Assembly: GCF_047030795.1 (NCBI RefSeq)
Contig: NZ_JBKYIC010000001.1
Strand: one strand, 5' to 3'
DNA: 64,000 nt
Source: Frisingicoccus sp.
GTDB lineage: Bacteria; Bacillota; Clostridia; Lachnospirales; Lachnospiraceae
This document shows, one piece after another, positions 10,003-20,080 of this stretch. Under the pieces are notes generated by a model. That model saw only the letters and a list, made by a program, of their open reading frames with translations. It had not been told where the DNA came from and did no database searches. Every line of letters begins with the position of its first letter. Positions within the stretch are counted from its first letter, which is position 1. Position numbers and translations under genes: made by a program.

Positions 10003-10455
10003 CTATTTCATCTGTACTTTTACTACTGCCTTCTCAACCCGTTCCGGGCCGTCTACGGCAATCTTAACCTTATGCGCATCCTCAGGAAGGACGATCAACA
10101 CCTTCCCCGGAGCCATATAAAGCCGGTTTTCCACCGGACCATCACAGTCCACTGAATCTGTCACTTTATCTATGGCAGTGACGGTCATCTTCTCCATGTC
10201 CGTCACGCCAATCCACTCCTGTCCAGATAATACCAGATGAATATCCGCATAAAATTCATGGGCCTCAAAAGCAGCCGCTTCCTCAGCCATCGTCTCATAA
10301 CCGAAACGATTGATAAATACATTCTCGCCGTCCACATCATTTCTTCCGGCCTTAAGCTCGGTAAGGGCATGACTTTTTAAAAAATCAATGGCCGTATCCA
10401 GATGCGGCGCCATGCCGCGATAATGCTCCAAATTGTTCATGTCAGTATAAATCAT
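10003..10455 (-). CDS. nanQ: YhcH/YjgK/YiaL (DUF386) family protein, N-acetylneuraminate anomerase-like
   Basis: 150 aa of the cupin-like YhcH family, a standard companion of nan operons. Confidence 0.75.
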   Translation of the reverse strand: MIYTDMNNLEHYRGMAPHLDTAIDFLKSHALTELKAGRNDVDGENVFINRFGYETMAEEAAAFEAHEFYADIHLVLSGQEWIGVTDMEKMTVTAIDKVTDSVDCDGPVENRLYMAPGKVLIVLPEDAHKVKIAVDGPERVEKAVVKVQMK

Positions 10456-11471
10456 TCGCTGTCTCCACTTTCTTTCCCATCATATAAGTGACAGGCCACC
10501 ATATGGCCCTCTTTTCCATGATACCGAAGTGCCGGGTCCTGTTCCTTACAGATGTCCATGCAATGCGGACAACGATTACGGAACGCACAGCCGCTCGGTT
10601 TATGGATTGGGCTTGGAACTTCACCTTCCAGAATCTGACGCTGTTTCTTATTATGTATATCCGCTACAGGAATTGCGGAAAGCAATGCCTTTGTATACGG
10701 ATGCAGCGGCTCTTCATAAAGCGCTCTGGAATCTGCAACTTCCACAATCTTTCCAAGATACATAACCATGATACGGTCAGACATGTACTGAACAACCGAA
10801 AGGTCATGGGCAATGAAAAGATAAGTCAGATTCAGTTCCTGCTGAATCTCTTTCATCAGGTTCAGTACCTGAGCCTGAATGGATACGTCCAGCGCAGATA
10901 CCGGTTCGTCACAGATCAATACTTCCGGCATAACCTCCAGTGCTCTGGCAATACAGAGACGCTGACGCTGTCCACCGGAAAATTCGTGCGGGTAACGCAT
11001 CAGATAATCCGGCTGGATATTTACCATCTTTAATACTCTCTGCATCATCTTTTCCCGCTCTTCCTGGGACGTAATGCCGTGGGTCTTTAACGGTTCTTCA
11101 AAAGAAGAATAAATCTTCTTCTGTGGGTTTAATGCGGAATATGGGTCCTGGAAAACCATCTGAACCTTTTTACGGAATTCAAACATTTCCTCTTTATTAA
11201 ACTTGGTAATATCTTTATATTCACCGTCATAATTAAACATAACCTGTCCGCCGGTCGGCTTTTCAAGCATCATGACAGTTTTTCCAAAGGTTGACTTACC
11301 ACAGCCGGACTCACCAACGATTCCCAAAGTTTCACCCTTATAAACATCCAGACTGACGTCATCCACCGCTTTTACGTGACCGACTACTTTTTTCATAAAA
11401 CCTTTTGTAATCGGAAACCATGTCTGCAAATTCCGGATCTTAAAGATAATTTCTTTATTTTCTGTACTCAT
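10452..11471 (-). CDS. Peptide-type ABC transporter ATP-binding protein (OppF/SatD-like)
   Basis: Walker A GESGCGKST, a C-terminal Opp-type Cys-containing extension. The start was set to the ATG overlapping the upstream stop (ATGA). Confidence 0.85.
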   Translation of the reverse strand: MSTENKEIIFKIRNLQTWFPITKGFMKKVVGHVKAVDDVSLDVYKGETLGIVGESGCGKSTFGKTVMMLEKPTGGQVMFNYDGEYKDITKFNKEEMFEFRKKVQMVFQDPYSALNPQKKIYSSFEEPLKTHGITSQEEREKMMQRVLKMVNIQPDYLMRYPHEFSGGQRQRLCIARALEVMPEVLICDEPVSALDVSIQAQVLNLMKEIQQELNLTYLFIAHDLSVVQYMSDRIMVMYLGKIVEVADSRALYEEPLHPYTKALLSAIPVADIHNKKQRQILEGEVPSPIHKPSGCAFRNRCPHCMDICKEQDPALRYHGKEGHMVACHLYDGKESGDSE

Positions 11472-11472
11472 A

Positions 11473-12501
11473 TCAGTCCACCTCCGGATAAGAATCAAAT
11501 TTCAGGCAGCGTACCCGGTGTCCCGGGGCAATTTCAAACATTGGTATCGTTTTTTCACGGCACCGGTCCATACATTCGGAACAACGGTCTGCAAATTCAC
11601 ATCCGCCCTTCAGATCTGCCGGATTCGGTGTGGCTCCAGGAATTGTCTCCAGCTTCTGTCCGTCAGCCAGACCAAGCACAGGAACGCTTCGGAGCAATGC
11701 CCGCGTATATGGATGACTTGTGCGGTCAAAAAGATCTTCCAGACTTCCGAACTCAACCACACGACCCATGTACATAACACAGACTTCGTCGGCCATCTCG
11801 GCTACAAGCCCCATGTTATGAGTAATCAGAATAATGGATTTGCCTTCCTTCAGCTGAAGCTCTTTCAACAGATCCATAATCTGAGCCTGAATCGTAACAT
11901 CCAGCGCCGTTGTCGGCTCATCACAGATGATCAGTTCCGGATTGCAGATCATAGCGATGGCAATAACCACACGCTGTTTCATACCGCCGGAAAACTGATG
12001 CGGATAACAATCGATACGTTCTTCCGGATCCGGAATACCAAGCTTCTTGAACATTTCAAGAACCAGTTTGCGGGCCTCATCCTTTTTCATTCCCTTATTG
12101 TGCTGAAGAAGTCCCTCAGCTACCTGATCGCCAACCTTATATACCGGATTCAAACTGGACATCGGGTCCTGGAATACCATAGACATGTCCGGTCCGCGCA
12201 GCGCCCGCATCTCAGGACCGTTCGGCTCCTTGATGCTTTCCAGATGATATTCGGTGACTTTTCCATCCCGAAGTGCATTATACTGGATATTCTCTGCTTT
12301 GACAATGGCATCCTTTCCGGTAAACCGCATAATGGAGTTCATGGTAACACTCTTGCCGCAGCCGGATTCGCCAACAACAGCCAGTGTTTTTCCACGGCGT
12401 ACCTGGAAAGATACATCTTTAACAATTTTAATTTCTTTTCTATCCGAGATAAATGTAGTATTTAATTTCTCGACATTTAAAATAATTTCTTTATTATCCA
12501 T
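11473..12501 (-). CDS. Peptide-type ABC transporter ATP-binding protein (OppD/SatC-like)
   Basis: 342 aa with Walker A GESGCGKSV and LSGGMKQR, preceded by an RBS (AGGAGG). Confidence 0.85.
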   Translation of the reverse strand: MDNKEIILNVEKLNTTFISDRKEIKIVKDVSFQVRRGKTLAVVGESGCGKSVTMNSIMRFTGKDAIVKAENIQYNALRDGKVTEYHLESIKEPNGPEMRALRGPDMSMVFQDPMSSLNPVYKVGDQVAEGLLQHNKGMKKDEARKLVLEMFKKLGIPDPEERIDCYPHQFSGGMKQRVVIAIAMICNPELIICDEPTTALDVTIQAQIMDLLKELQLKEGKSIILITHNMGLVAEMADEVCVMYMGRVVEFGSLEDLFDRTSHPYTRALLRSVPVLGLADGQKLETIPGATPNPADLKGGCEFADRCSECMDRCREKTIPMFEIAPGHRVRCLKFDSYPEVD

Positions 12502-12512
12502 GAGGCCCCTCC

Positions 12513-13400
12513 TTACTGCTGTTTAGCATCCAGCACATCACGCAGACCGTCGCCGAAGAAGTTGATTGCCAGGACAAAAAGACTGATGGCAAGACCCGGG
12601 AATACCCAAATCCACCACTGGTTAGTAACAACGGATACGGATTTCGCCGCATTTAAAATATTTCCCCAGGTCGGTGTACTGTCGGCGACACCAAGACCGA
12701 TAAAGGAAAGTGCTGCTTCCTGAAGAATGAAGAAGGCAACGTTTGTCGTTGTGGAAACGATAATCGGGCTCATAACATTCGGAAGAATCTGCTTAAACAT
12801 AATATTGCTCTTCTTCATACCGAAGGCTTCACATACTTTAACGTAAGTCTCATTTTTCAAACTCATAAATTCATTGCGGACCATACGGAAAGTCGTCATC
12901 CATCCGGTAAATACGAAGATAAACAACAGGTTGCCAAGGCCTCGTTTATTTACGATAGCCACAAGCATCATGACAAGTACGAGCTGTGGGAATGCCTGGA
13001 ATATTTCGGAAACACGGATAAGGATCATATCTACCTTTCCTCCAAAATAACCGGCCAGAGCGCCTAAGATGGCGCCGATCACGGAACTCATGACCGCACA
13101 GAATGCACCGATCAGGATAGAATAACATCCGCCGACAAGAACACGGGCAAACAAGTCACGTCCAATAGTGTCCGTGCCAAAAAGATGTCCGTTTCCCGGC
13201 GCCTGTTTCATATCGGTTAAAACCGGTGTGCCGTAGTCTACACCGACGATCATGCCGATCACACAGGCAACCGTAATAACCACAATAATAACCAGACCGA
13301 GAACGGCCAGCTTATTATTCATAAACTTTCGTACATTTCGTTTAAATAAAGAAGAAGATGCACTTTTATTCGAATCTTTTATACTCGTTGTTTCACCCAT
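12513..13400 (-). CDS. ABC transporter permease (OppC/DppC-like)
   Basis: 295 aa with six TM helices and a BPD-transporter EAA-like loop. Confidence 0.85.
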   Translation of the reverse strand: MGETTSIKDSNKSASSSLFKRNVRKFMNNKLAVLGLVIIVVITVACVIGMIVGVDYGTPVLTDMKQAPGNGHLFGTDTIGRDLFARVLVGGCYSILIGAFCAVMSSVIGAILGALAGYFGGKVDMILIRVSEIFQAFPQLVLVMMLVAIVNKRGLGNLLFIFVFTGWMTTFRMVRNEFMSLKNETYVKVCEAFGMKKSNIMFKQILPNVMSPIIVSTTTNVAFFILQEAALSFIGLGVADSTPTWGNILNAAKSVSVVTNQWWIWVFPGLAISLFVLAINFFGDGLRDVLDAKQQ

Positions 13401-13417
13401 AACTTCTTCCTCCTTCT

Positions 13418-14377
13418 TTATTCACCAAGACGTACACGCGGATCTAACAATGCGTTGAATACATCGACCATGAAAGAACAGATCAACATGGTAGCCGCGA
13501 TAATTAACGTTGTTACAAGAACGACCGGATAATCACCGGATACGATAGCATTTGTCATCGTCAGACCGATTCCAGGATACGAGAATACAGTCTCAATAAC
13601 AACGGAACCGCCGATCAATGCCGGAATACGGAATACCAGAATGACCAGAACCGGTTTCATGGCATTTCTGAATCCATGTTTTAAATAAACCTTCCACTCC
13701 GGAATACCTTTCGAACGTGCTGTTTTAATATAATCACTGTTCAGTACATCCAGCATGGTATTTCGTGCATAACGCATCAATACGGCTACCATACCGATGG
13801 TCAGTGTAAGAACCGGAAGGAACAAATGGAAAAAGGCATCTGCAAAGGCGCTTGTTGCATCCGGACTGACACGGTTACTTGCCGGGAACCATCCAAGTTT
13901 AATTGAGAAAATCTGAATCAATATAATACCAACAAGGAACTGAGGAACGGCCTGTCCCAAAACGGCCAGAACACGACCTACATAATCGATGATACCATTC
14001 TGACGTACGGCAGAAATAATACCAATGCCGATACCGATGATGGTGGAAAAAAGAAGTGAATATCCAGCCAGTTCAAAGGTATACGGAAGTCTCACTGCGA
14101 TAACGGAAGCGATGGATGAACCATCAAAGGAATATCCAAGGTCACCGTGAAGAATATTTCCCAACCAGCGGAAATACTGAACGATCAACGGGTCATTCAA
14201 TCCAAGGGATTCTCTCAGTGCCTCTACATTTTCTTTATTTGAAGAAAGCATCTCCGGGCTGACCATAAAGTTGATCGGGTCGATACCTGTCAGCTGCAAA
14301 CCATAATACACAATAAAACTGATAACCAAAAGCATCGGAATCATCATGAGCAGCTTTTTAATGATGAATTTTAACAT
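13418..14377 (-). CDS. ABC transporter permease (OppB/DppB-like)
   Basis: 319-aa BPD_transp_1 permease. Confidence 0.85.
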   Translation of the reverse strand: MLKFIIKKLLMMIPMLLVISFIVYYGLQLTGIDPINFMVSPEMLSSNKENVEALRESLGLNDPLIVQYFRWLGNILHGDLGYSFDGSSIASVIAVRLPYTFELAGYSLLFSTIIGIGIGIISAVRQNGIIDYVGRVLAVLGQAVPQFLVGIILIQIFSIKLGWFPASNRVSPDATSAFADAFFHLFLPVLTLTIGMVAVLMRYARNTMLDVLNSDYIKTARSKGIPEWKVYLKHGFRNAMKPVLVILVFRIPALIGGSVVIETVFSYPGIGLTMTNAIVSGDYPVVLVTTLIIAATMLICSFMVDVFNALLDPRVRLGE

Positions 14378-14510
14378 TCTATCACCCCATTCTTAAAGCA
14401 ACATCAAACAAAGATTCTTAACCTCCCAAAGCCAAGGGGAGACTTTCGAAAAATCTCTCCCGTCTCCCCCTTTAATCACTGAATCATTGTTTGATTTCTA
14501 AATAAATATC

Positions 14511-16118
14511 TTACTGAGCCATTTCCCAGTTAGCGAAATCCAGATCACACATATACAGTGGATTACAGAATGTTACGCCTTCCGGAATGACAACTTTGTC
14601 ACTGGTGAATACATATGTACCAACGGTGAATACAGGAACTTTATAAACAACTTCCTGTTCTTTTTCCTGAAGAGCCTTCAGAGCTTCGTTTCTTGCTGCG
14701 GAATCTGTAGCTTTGAACAGGTTGTTAACCAGTTCGTCAAATTCATCTGTTCCGCCGAATACGTTAGCAAAGAGAGCGTCTGTACTCTGATATTCGGTAT
14801 ACCATTCGTCGATGGAGAATGCACTCTTACCTTTGAAACCGATATCATAGTTACGTGTTGTAAACAGGTCTGTTGTACCATCGTTGGACAATGTAGCTTC
14901 AACTGTCAGACCAGTCTGTTCAAGGTAATGAACAACTGTCTGAATCAGGTCGATAGATGTCTGGTCGTTGTTGTAGTAGCAGATTTTCAGTGTACGGCTC
15001 ATATCATAGCCGGCAGCTACGAGGTCTGCTTTTGCTTTTTCAGCATCGAAGGTATATTCAAAACCGTTATAAGCTTCGTTGCTGTTTGGAACACCACTGT
15101 TCAGAACAGTTGCTGTCGGGTAAAGTGTTGCCAGAGTTGCACGGTCAATAGCTTCGATCAGAGCTTTACGAACTTCTACGCTCTGCATAGCTTCGTTTTC
15201 ATTGCCGTCAGCACCCTTCATGTTGAACAGGAAGTATTTGTAGAATAATACATCAACTTCATGTTCTGTGTAATTTGGCATACCTTCAAGTGCTTCTACG
15301 AGGTCAGCTGCGTTACCGAATACATAATCAGCCTGTCCAGCCTGTGCTGCTGTAATGTAATCCTGTACAAAGTAGCAGATAATAGACTGAATCTTTGGTG
15401 CTGTACCTTCATAGTTTTCATTTACTTTCAAAGTAAAGTAGTTACCAACATTCAATTCATCCAGTGTGTACATACCGGAGCAAACTGGATTTGTCCAGAA
15501 CGCATCAGATTCCAGAGTCAGAGGATCTGCGTTTTCAAGAGTGTGTTTTGGTAAGATCGCGAACTGAGCAAGTACGTCTTTCATTGCTGCGTATGGCTCG
15601 GTCAGTGTCATTGTGATCGTGCTGCCATCAACAGCCATGTTGTCGATCTTTTTGAAAGCAGATGTATAAATGGAGTTACATGTTGCAGCCTGTAATGCTG
15701 TTTCGATGGACCACTGAACATCTTCTGCTGTCAGAGCTTCGCCATCGGACCATTTCAGGCCTTCTTTCATTTTGATGGTGTACACAAGACCATCTTCACT
15801 GACTTCTACAGATTCGGCCAGATCCGGCTGTGGATTTGTCAGATCACTGTCTGCAATAAGTAAGGCACGGAACATCAGATTTGTTGCCATGATACGGTTA
15901 TACCATGGGGTTGGAATCTTGTCATCTGTTGTAGAACCATCACCTGTTGTTACAGACAATTTTAAAGTTCCGCCGTCAACGTTTGCTGCTTCTGCAGTGC
16001 TCTCTGCCGTTGTTTCGTCGGACTTTGCTGCTGTTGTCTCTTTATTACCGGAACCACATCCTACTAAAGAAGCGACAACCAGCGTTGTTGCCAATAAGGC
16101 GGCCAACATTTTTTTCAT
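14511..16118 (-). CDS. ABC transporter substrate-binding lipoprotein, SBP family 5 (peptide/opine/sialic-acid SatA-like)
   Basis: Lipoprotein signal (LVGCGSG) and a family-5 SBP fold. The start was set at the RBS-supported ATG (AAGGAGG ...ATGAAAAAAATG). Confidence 0.8.
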   Translation of the reverse strand: MKKMLAALLATTLVVASLVGCGSGNKETTAAKSDETTAESTAEAANVDGGTLKLSVTTGDGSTTDDKIPTPWYNRIMATNLMFRALLIADSDLTNPQPDLAESVEVSEDGLVYTIKMKEGLKWSDGEALTAEDVQWSIETALQAATCNSIYTSAFKKIDNMAVDGSTITMTLTEPYAAMKDVLAQFAILPKHTLENADPLTLESDAFWTNPVCSGMYTLDELNVGNYFTLKVNENYEGTAPKIQSIICYFVQDYITAAQAGQADYVFGNAADLVEALEGMPNYTEHEVDVLFYKYFLFNMKGADGNENEAMQSVEVRKALIEAIDRATLATLYPTATVLNSGVPNSNEAYNGFEYTFDAEKAKADLVAAGYDMSRTLKICYYNNDQTSIDLIQTVVHYLEQTGLTVEATLSNDGTTDLFTTRNYDIGFKGKSAFSIDEWYTEYQSTDALFANVFGGTDEFDELVNNLFKATDSAARNEALKALQEKEQEVVYKVPVFTVGTYVFTSDKVVIPEGVTFCNPLYMCDLDFANWEMAQ

Positions 16119-16348
16119 AGTAACATCCTCCTTTTTGCACAAGCATTTACAATGCTTATCGTTATATCTATAATACTATTCCTGAAAATAATTTTCAATG
16201 TCTCATTTACATGAAAATTTCTTGATTTTTTGTACAAAGTGCACAATATGGTTTTGTTTTTTTCTTTTCCGATTAAGCAAAAAGAATATCCTTTATGTCG
16301 AAATTTAAAATTATATTCAATAAAATGTAAATTTTTATCATTATTTTC

Positions 16349-16369
16349 GAAAAGTTTTTGAAACTTTTC
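16349..16369. promoter_or_regulatory. Perfect 9-bp inverted repeat GAAAAGTTT-ttg-AAACTTTTC (candidate operator) in the divergent nan promoter region
   Basis: The palindrome is read directly from the sequence and abuts or overlaps the -35 of the rpiR-like promoter. Confidence 0.5.
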
Positions 16370-16398
16370 TTGCTTTCAAAATCAAATTGTTCTATAAT
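16370..16398 (+). promoter_or_regulatory. Sigma-A type promoter for the rpiR-like regulator
   Basis: -35 TTGCTT, 17-nt spacer, consensus -10 TATAAT, about 38 nt upstream of the GTG start with its GGAGG RBS. Confidence 0.5.
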
Positions 16399-16436
16399 CA
16401 AACTGTATGCAGATTATTATGTAAGGAGGCGGTGTT

Positions 16437-17294
16437 GTGGCCGGAAATATTCTTGACTCAATAACAAAACAATATAACTCTTTGACCCGATCCGGAAAGA
16501 AACTGGCGGACTATATATTTACCAATACAGCCAGTGCACAATATATGTCCATCACCTCCCTGGCAGAAAGCTGTGGTGTATCAGAGGCGACCATTACACG
16601 TTTCTGCCGCGGTCTCGGTCTTTCCGGTTATAACGACTTCAAACTGGCTCTGGCCAAATGCGAACGCATCAGCAACCTGGGAGACCCATCGGATATTCCC
16701 CAGACGATCAATGCAGAAGACGACTTTGACACCATGTGCCATAAGCTGTACGCTTCTAATATTGTCTCTTTAAATGAAACACTGGAACATTTGAACGAAA
16801 AAACATTGAATCAGGCTGTCGATTTATTATCCACTGCCCGGCATGTATACTGCTTCGGTCAGGGTGGCAGTATGGTCATGGCGATGGAAGCATGGGCGCG
16901 CTTTTCTACAACCACTTCAAATTTTATCCATATTGAAGATTCTCATATGCAGACCATGGCCGCAGCTCTGGCTTCTCCGCAGGATGTGATTCTCTTTTTC
17001 TCTTATTCAGGTTCCACAAAAGATATGGAAGAGGTTTTAGAGCTGGCCGAGGAACAGAAAACACCGATCATCCTCGTGACCCACTTTCCAAAATCACGTG
17101 CTGCCGAGTTTGCCAATGTCATTCTCCAGTGTGGTTACAGTGAAAGCCCGCTTCAATCCGGCTCAATTGCCGCCAAGGTTGGACAGCTTTTTCTAATTGA
17201 ATGTCTGTTTTACGGTTACTGCCGTAAAAATCCTGAAGTACGTGCAGCCGCCCGTTCAGCGACGGCCCAGGCCATTGCAAAAAAATTACTTTAA
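16437..17294 (+). CDS. RpiR/MurR-family transcriptional regulator (HTH + SIS domain), likely NanR-type regulator of the sialic acid cluster
   Basis: 285 aa with an N-terminal HTH_6 domain and a C-terminal SIS domain. It starts at a GTG with a GGAGG RBS and is divergent from the transporter operon. Confidence 0.8.
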   Translation: MAGNILDSITKQYNSLTRSGKKLADYIFTNTASAQYMSITSLAESCGVSEATITRFCRGLGLSGYNDFKLALAKCERISNLGDPSDIPQTINAEDDFDTMCHKLYASNIVSLNETLEHLNEKTLNQAVDLLSTARHVYCFGQGGSMVMAMEAWARFSTTTSNFIHIEDSHMQTMAAALASPQDVILFFSYSGSTKDMEEVLELAEEQKTPIILVTHFPKSRAAEFANVILQCGYSESPLQSGSIAAKVGQLFLIECLFYGYCRKNPEVRAAARSATAQAIAKKLL

Positions 17295-17360
17295 ATAAAA
17301 AACAGCCGTTTTCCTGCCGCTATATAGCAGATAAAACAGCTGTTTTATTTATAAAGATTT

Positions 17361-18242
17361 TTACTTTTCTAAAAGTCCGCTGGCCAGCCAGGCTGCTCCC
17401 AAAAGCCCTGCCTGATTGCCAAGTCCCGTCTGTCTCAAACGCGTTCCCCGAAATCCTTCGGAGATTCCCTCGTTTACCCGCCGACCTACTTCTTCAATAA
17501 TATATTTCTGAGCGAGAATTCCACCGCCCAACAGGATATCTGAAGGATTAAATATGTGAATCAGCGTAATCAGCCCATAGACGATTTCATCAATCCAGCC
17601 ATCAATCTCCGCCCGTATTTCCGGACGTTCAAAAGCCTCGAAAATCTTTCGGCCGTTATCCAGAGATCTATCCACCGCCATCACCCGCTTGACAAGGGCT
17701 GTGGTAGACGCATATTTCTCGTAACATCCGCTGAACTCTACATCTTTTGTGATTGCCTCCGGATGGACAACAATACCGCCAAAGCTGGCGCCTGAAAATG
17801 TATTGCCTGTGTAAATGCTGCCATTCAACACGATGGCTCCACCAACGCCGGTACCATAGGTAAGGCAGAGAAAATTTTTGCTTCCCTTTGCCGCTCCAAA
17901 ATAGAGTTCTCCGAGTGCCGCCGCGTTGACATCATTTTCCACGGCAACAGGAACACCGAATTCCTTTTCTAAAATAGCGCGGATTTCCATCCCTGTATAA
18001 TTCGGAATATTGTCGTTGGCATAATGAATCTTTCCATTTTCAGAATCCACCTGCCCGGCCGTACTGATACCAATGGCGTCAAAAGTCCCATAAGTATGTA
18101 AAATTTCTTTTGCACGTTCCATCAGGTATTCGCCGCCCCGGCTCGCATTCGTATCCCATTCTTTTAATTCGCTGGCCTGGCATCCATCCCAGATACCCGA
18201 TTTGATCGATGTACCTCCAATATCCAGTGCTGCTATTCTCAT
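17361..18242 (-). CDS. nanK: ROK-family sugar kinase, probable N-acetylmannosamine kinase
   Basis: 293 aa with the ROK N-terminal motif (IAALDIGGTSIK), located in a nanE-nanK-nagB arrangement. Confidence 0.8.
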   Translation of the reverse strand: MRIAALDIGGTSIKSGIWDGCQASELKEWDTNASRGGEYLMERAKEILHTYGTFDAIGISTAGQVDSENGKIHYANDNIPNYTGMEIRAILEKEFGVPVAVENDVNAAALGELYFGAAKGSKNFLCLTYGTGVGGAIVLNGSIYTGNTFSGASFGGIVVHPEAITKDVEFSGCYEKYASTTALVKRVMAVDRSLDNGRKIFEAFERPEIRAEIDGWIDEIVYGLITLIHIFNPSDILLGGGILAQKYIIEEVGRRVNEGISEGFRGTRLRQTGLGNQAGLLGAAWLASGLLEK

Positions 18243-18955
18243 TATTTCACGCCCTCATCAATCGCTTTCATAAACCGCTGAGCAATTTCCAGCGGACGAG
18301 TGATCGCTCCGCCGACAACGATGGACCATACCCCTGTCTGAAGGGCTTTTACAGCCTGATCCGGATAGTGGATTTTTCCTTCTCCGATCACCGGAATATC
18401 AATATCTGCAGCCAGACGGGTCATCAGTTCATAATCCGGCTCATCCTTCTTGGATGTATAGTCTGTATAACCACTCATGGTTGTACCCACAATATCCACG
18501 CCGCATTTCCATGCGTTGATGCCTTCTTCATAATTGGAAATATCCGCCATCAAAATAATATCCGGATATTTTTCACGAATCTGAGCGATAAACTCATTGA
18601 TTGTCGTACCGTCGCCGCGTTTACGGAGTGTACAGTCCAGAGCGACCACATCCGAACCGACAGCTACCAGATCATCCACTTCTTTCATTGTCGGTGTGAT
18701 ATAGCTGTCATATCCCGGATAATTAATCTTTACCAGGCCGATAACAGGAAGACCGGTTTCCTTTTTAATAGCTACAACATCCCGGATACTGCTTGTGCGG
18801 ATTGCCGGTGTGCCTGCTCTTTTGGCCGCCCGTGCCATCAAATACATAACGGAATCATCTTCCAGGTATAATGGTTCTCCCGGAATTGCCTGACATGAAA
18901 TGATCATTTTACCATGAATCGCATCTAAAATTTCCTGCTTTGTCACAATCGCCAC
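18242..18955 (-). CDS. nanE: N-acetylmannosamine-6-phosphate 2-epimerase
   Basis: 237-aa NanE-family TIM barrel (MIISCQA...). Its stop overlaps the nanK start (TAATG). Confidence 0.85.
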   Translation of the reverse strand: MAIVTKQEILDAIHGKMIISCQAIPGEPLYLEDDSVMYLMARAAKRAGTPAIRTSSIRDVVAIKKETGLPVIGLVKINYPGYDSYITPTMKEVDDLVAVGSDVVALDCTLRKRGDGTTINEFIAQIREKYPDIILMADISNYEEGINAWKCGVDIVGTTMSGYTDYTSKKDEPDYELMTRLAADIDIPVIGEGKIHYPDQAVKALQTGVWSIVVGGAITRPLEIAQRFMKAIDEGVK

Positions 18956-18962
18956 ACTCCTT

Positions 18963-19691
18963 TTATTTAATCAAACTCAACGCTGCTTCATCAGCCACAA
19001 CGGTCACATCATTATGCATCTGCAGAATAGAAGCCGGTACATTTGATGTCACGGCACCATATAATGAATCTCTCAAAATCTGTGCTTTATCTTCTCCGCT
19101 GACAACAAGAAGAATCTTTTTCGCCTGCATGATAGTCTTGATACCCATCGTGTAAGCCTGACGCGGCACATCATCGGCAGAAGCAAAGAAACGCTTATTT
19201 GCTTCAATCGTACTCTCTGTCAGATCCACACAGTGGGTCATTTTCTCAAAAACTGCGCCCGGCTCATTGAATCCGATATGTCCATTATGTCCAAGACCTA
19301 AAAGCTGCATATCAATACCGCCGACTTTCTCGATCACATGATTATAACGTTCACATTCCTTCTCACTGTCCATCTCCATACCGTTTGGAATATTTGTGTT
19401 CGCCATATCAATATTGATGTCTTTAAAGAAATTTGTATACATAAAGTAATAATAGCTCTGATCATGGTCCTTTGGAAGTCCCTTATATTCATCAAGGTTT
19501 ACCGATTTCACCTCAGAGAAATCCAGATCCCCTTTCCGATACCACTCAATCAGCTGTTTGTAAACACCGATCGGTGTGGAACCTGTAGCCAGTCCCAGAA
19601 CGCAGTTCGGCTTCATGATAACCTGTGCAGAAATAATATTCGCTGCTTTCCGGCTCATGTCCTGATAATCTTTTGCTTTGTAAATACGCAT
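18963..19691 (-). CDS. nagB: Glucosamine-6-phosphate deaminase
   Basis: 242 aa with NagB family motifs (GLATGSTP, GLGHNGHIGFNEPG). Confidence 0.9.
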   Translation of the reverse strand: MRIYKAKDYQDMSRKAANIISAQVIMKPNCVLGLATGSTPIGVYKQLIEWYRKGDLDFSEVKSVNLDEYKGLPKDHDQSYYYFMYTNFFKDINIDMANTNIPNGMEMDSEKECERYNHVIEKVGGIDMQLLGLGHNGHIGFNEPGAVFEKMTHCVDLTESTIEANKRFFASADDVPRQAYTMGIKTIMQAKKILLVVSGEDKAQILRDSLYGAVTSNVPASILQMHNDVTVVADEAALSLIK

Positions 19692-20080
19692 ATGTAACTC
19701 CCCCTTTTATTATAATCATTCACTATCTATCCTCATTATAACATAGTGAAAATTATTTTCAATATTTGTTTTAAATTAAAATAATCTCCGTGTGAATATC
19801 TAACGCATCCACATAGATTTCAAGCATATGTCTATAGACAGTCAAGGCTTGTTCCATCTCCTCCCTACTTCCATCGAAAGAATAAATGGTGCTAAGGATC
19901 CTATGCTCTCCTTTTCATAATTTCAGACAAAAATTTCCTGTCAGCTGCTCCACATCATAAGAGCCAATAGACTGCCCGGTGGTCACCAAAATCAGATTAT
20001 TTATTTCCACCACATTATTAATCGATACAAACCATTCCCTTTGATAATCTGCCGGAGCATGTCTTCGGAAACTATACAAA

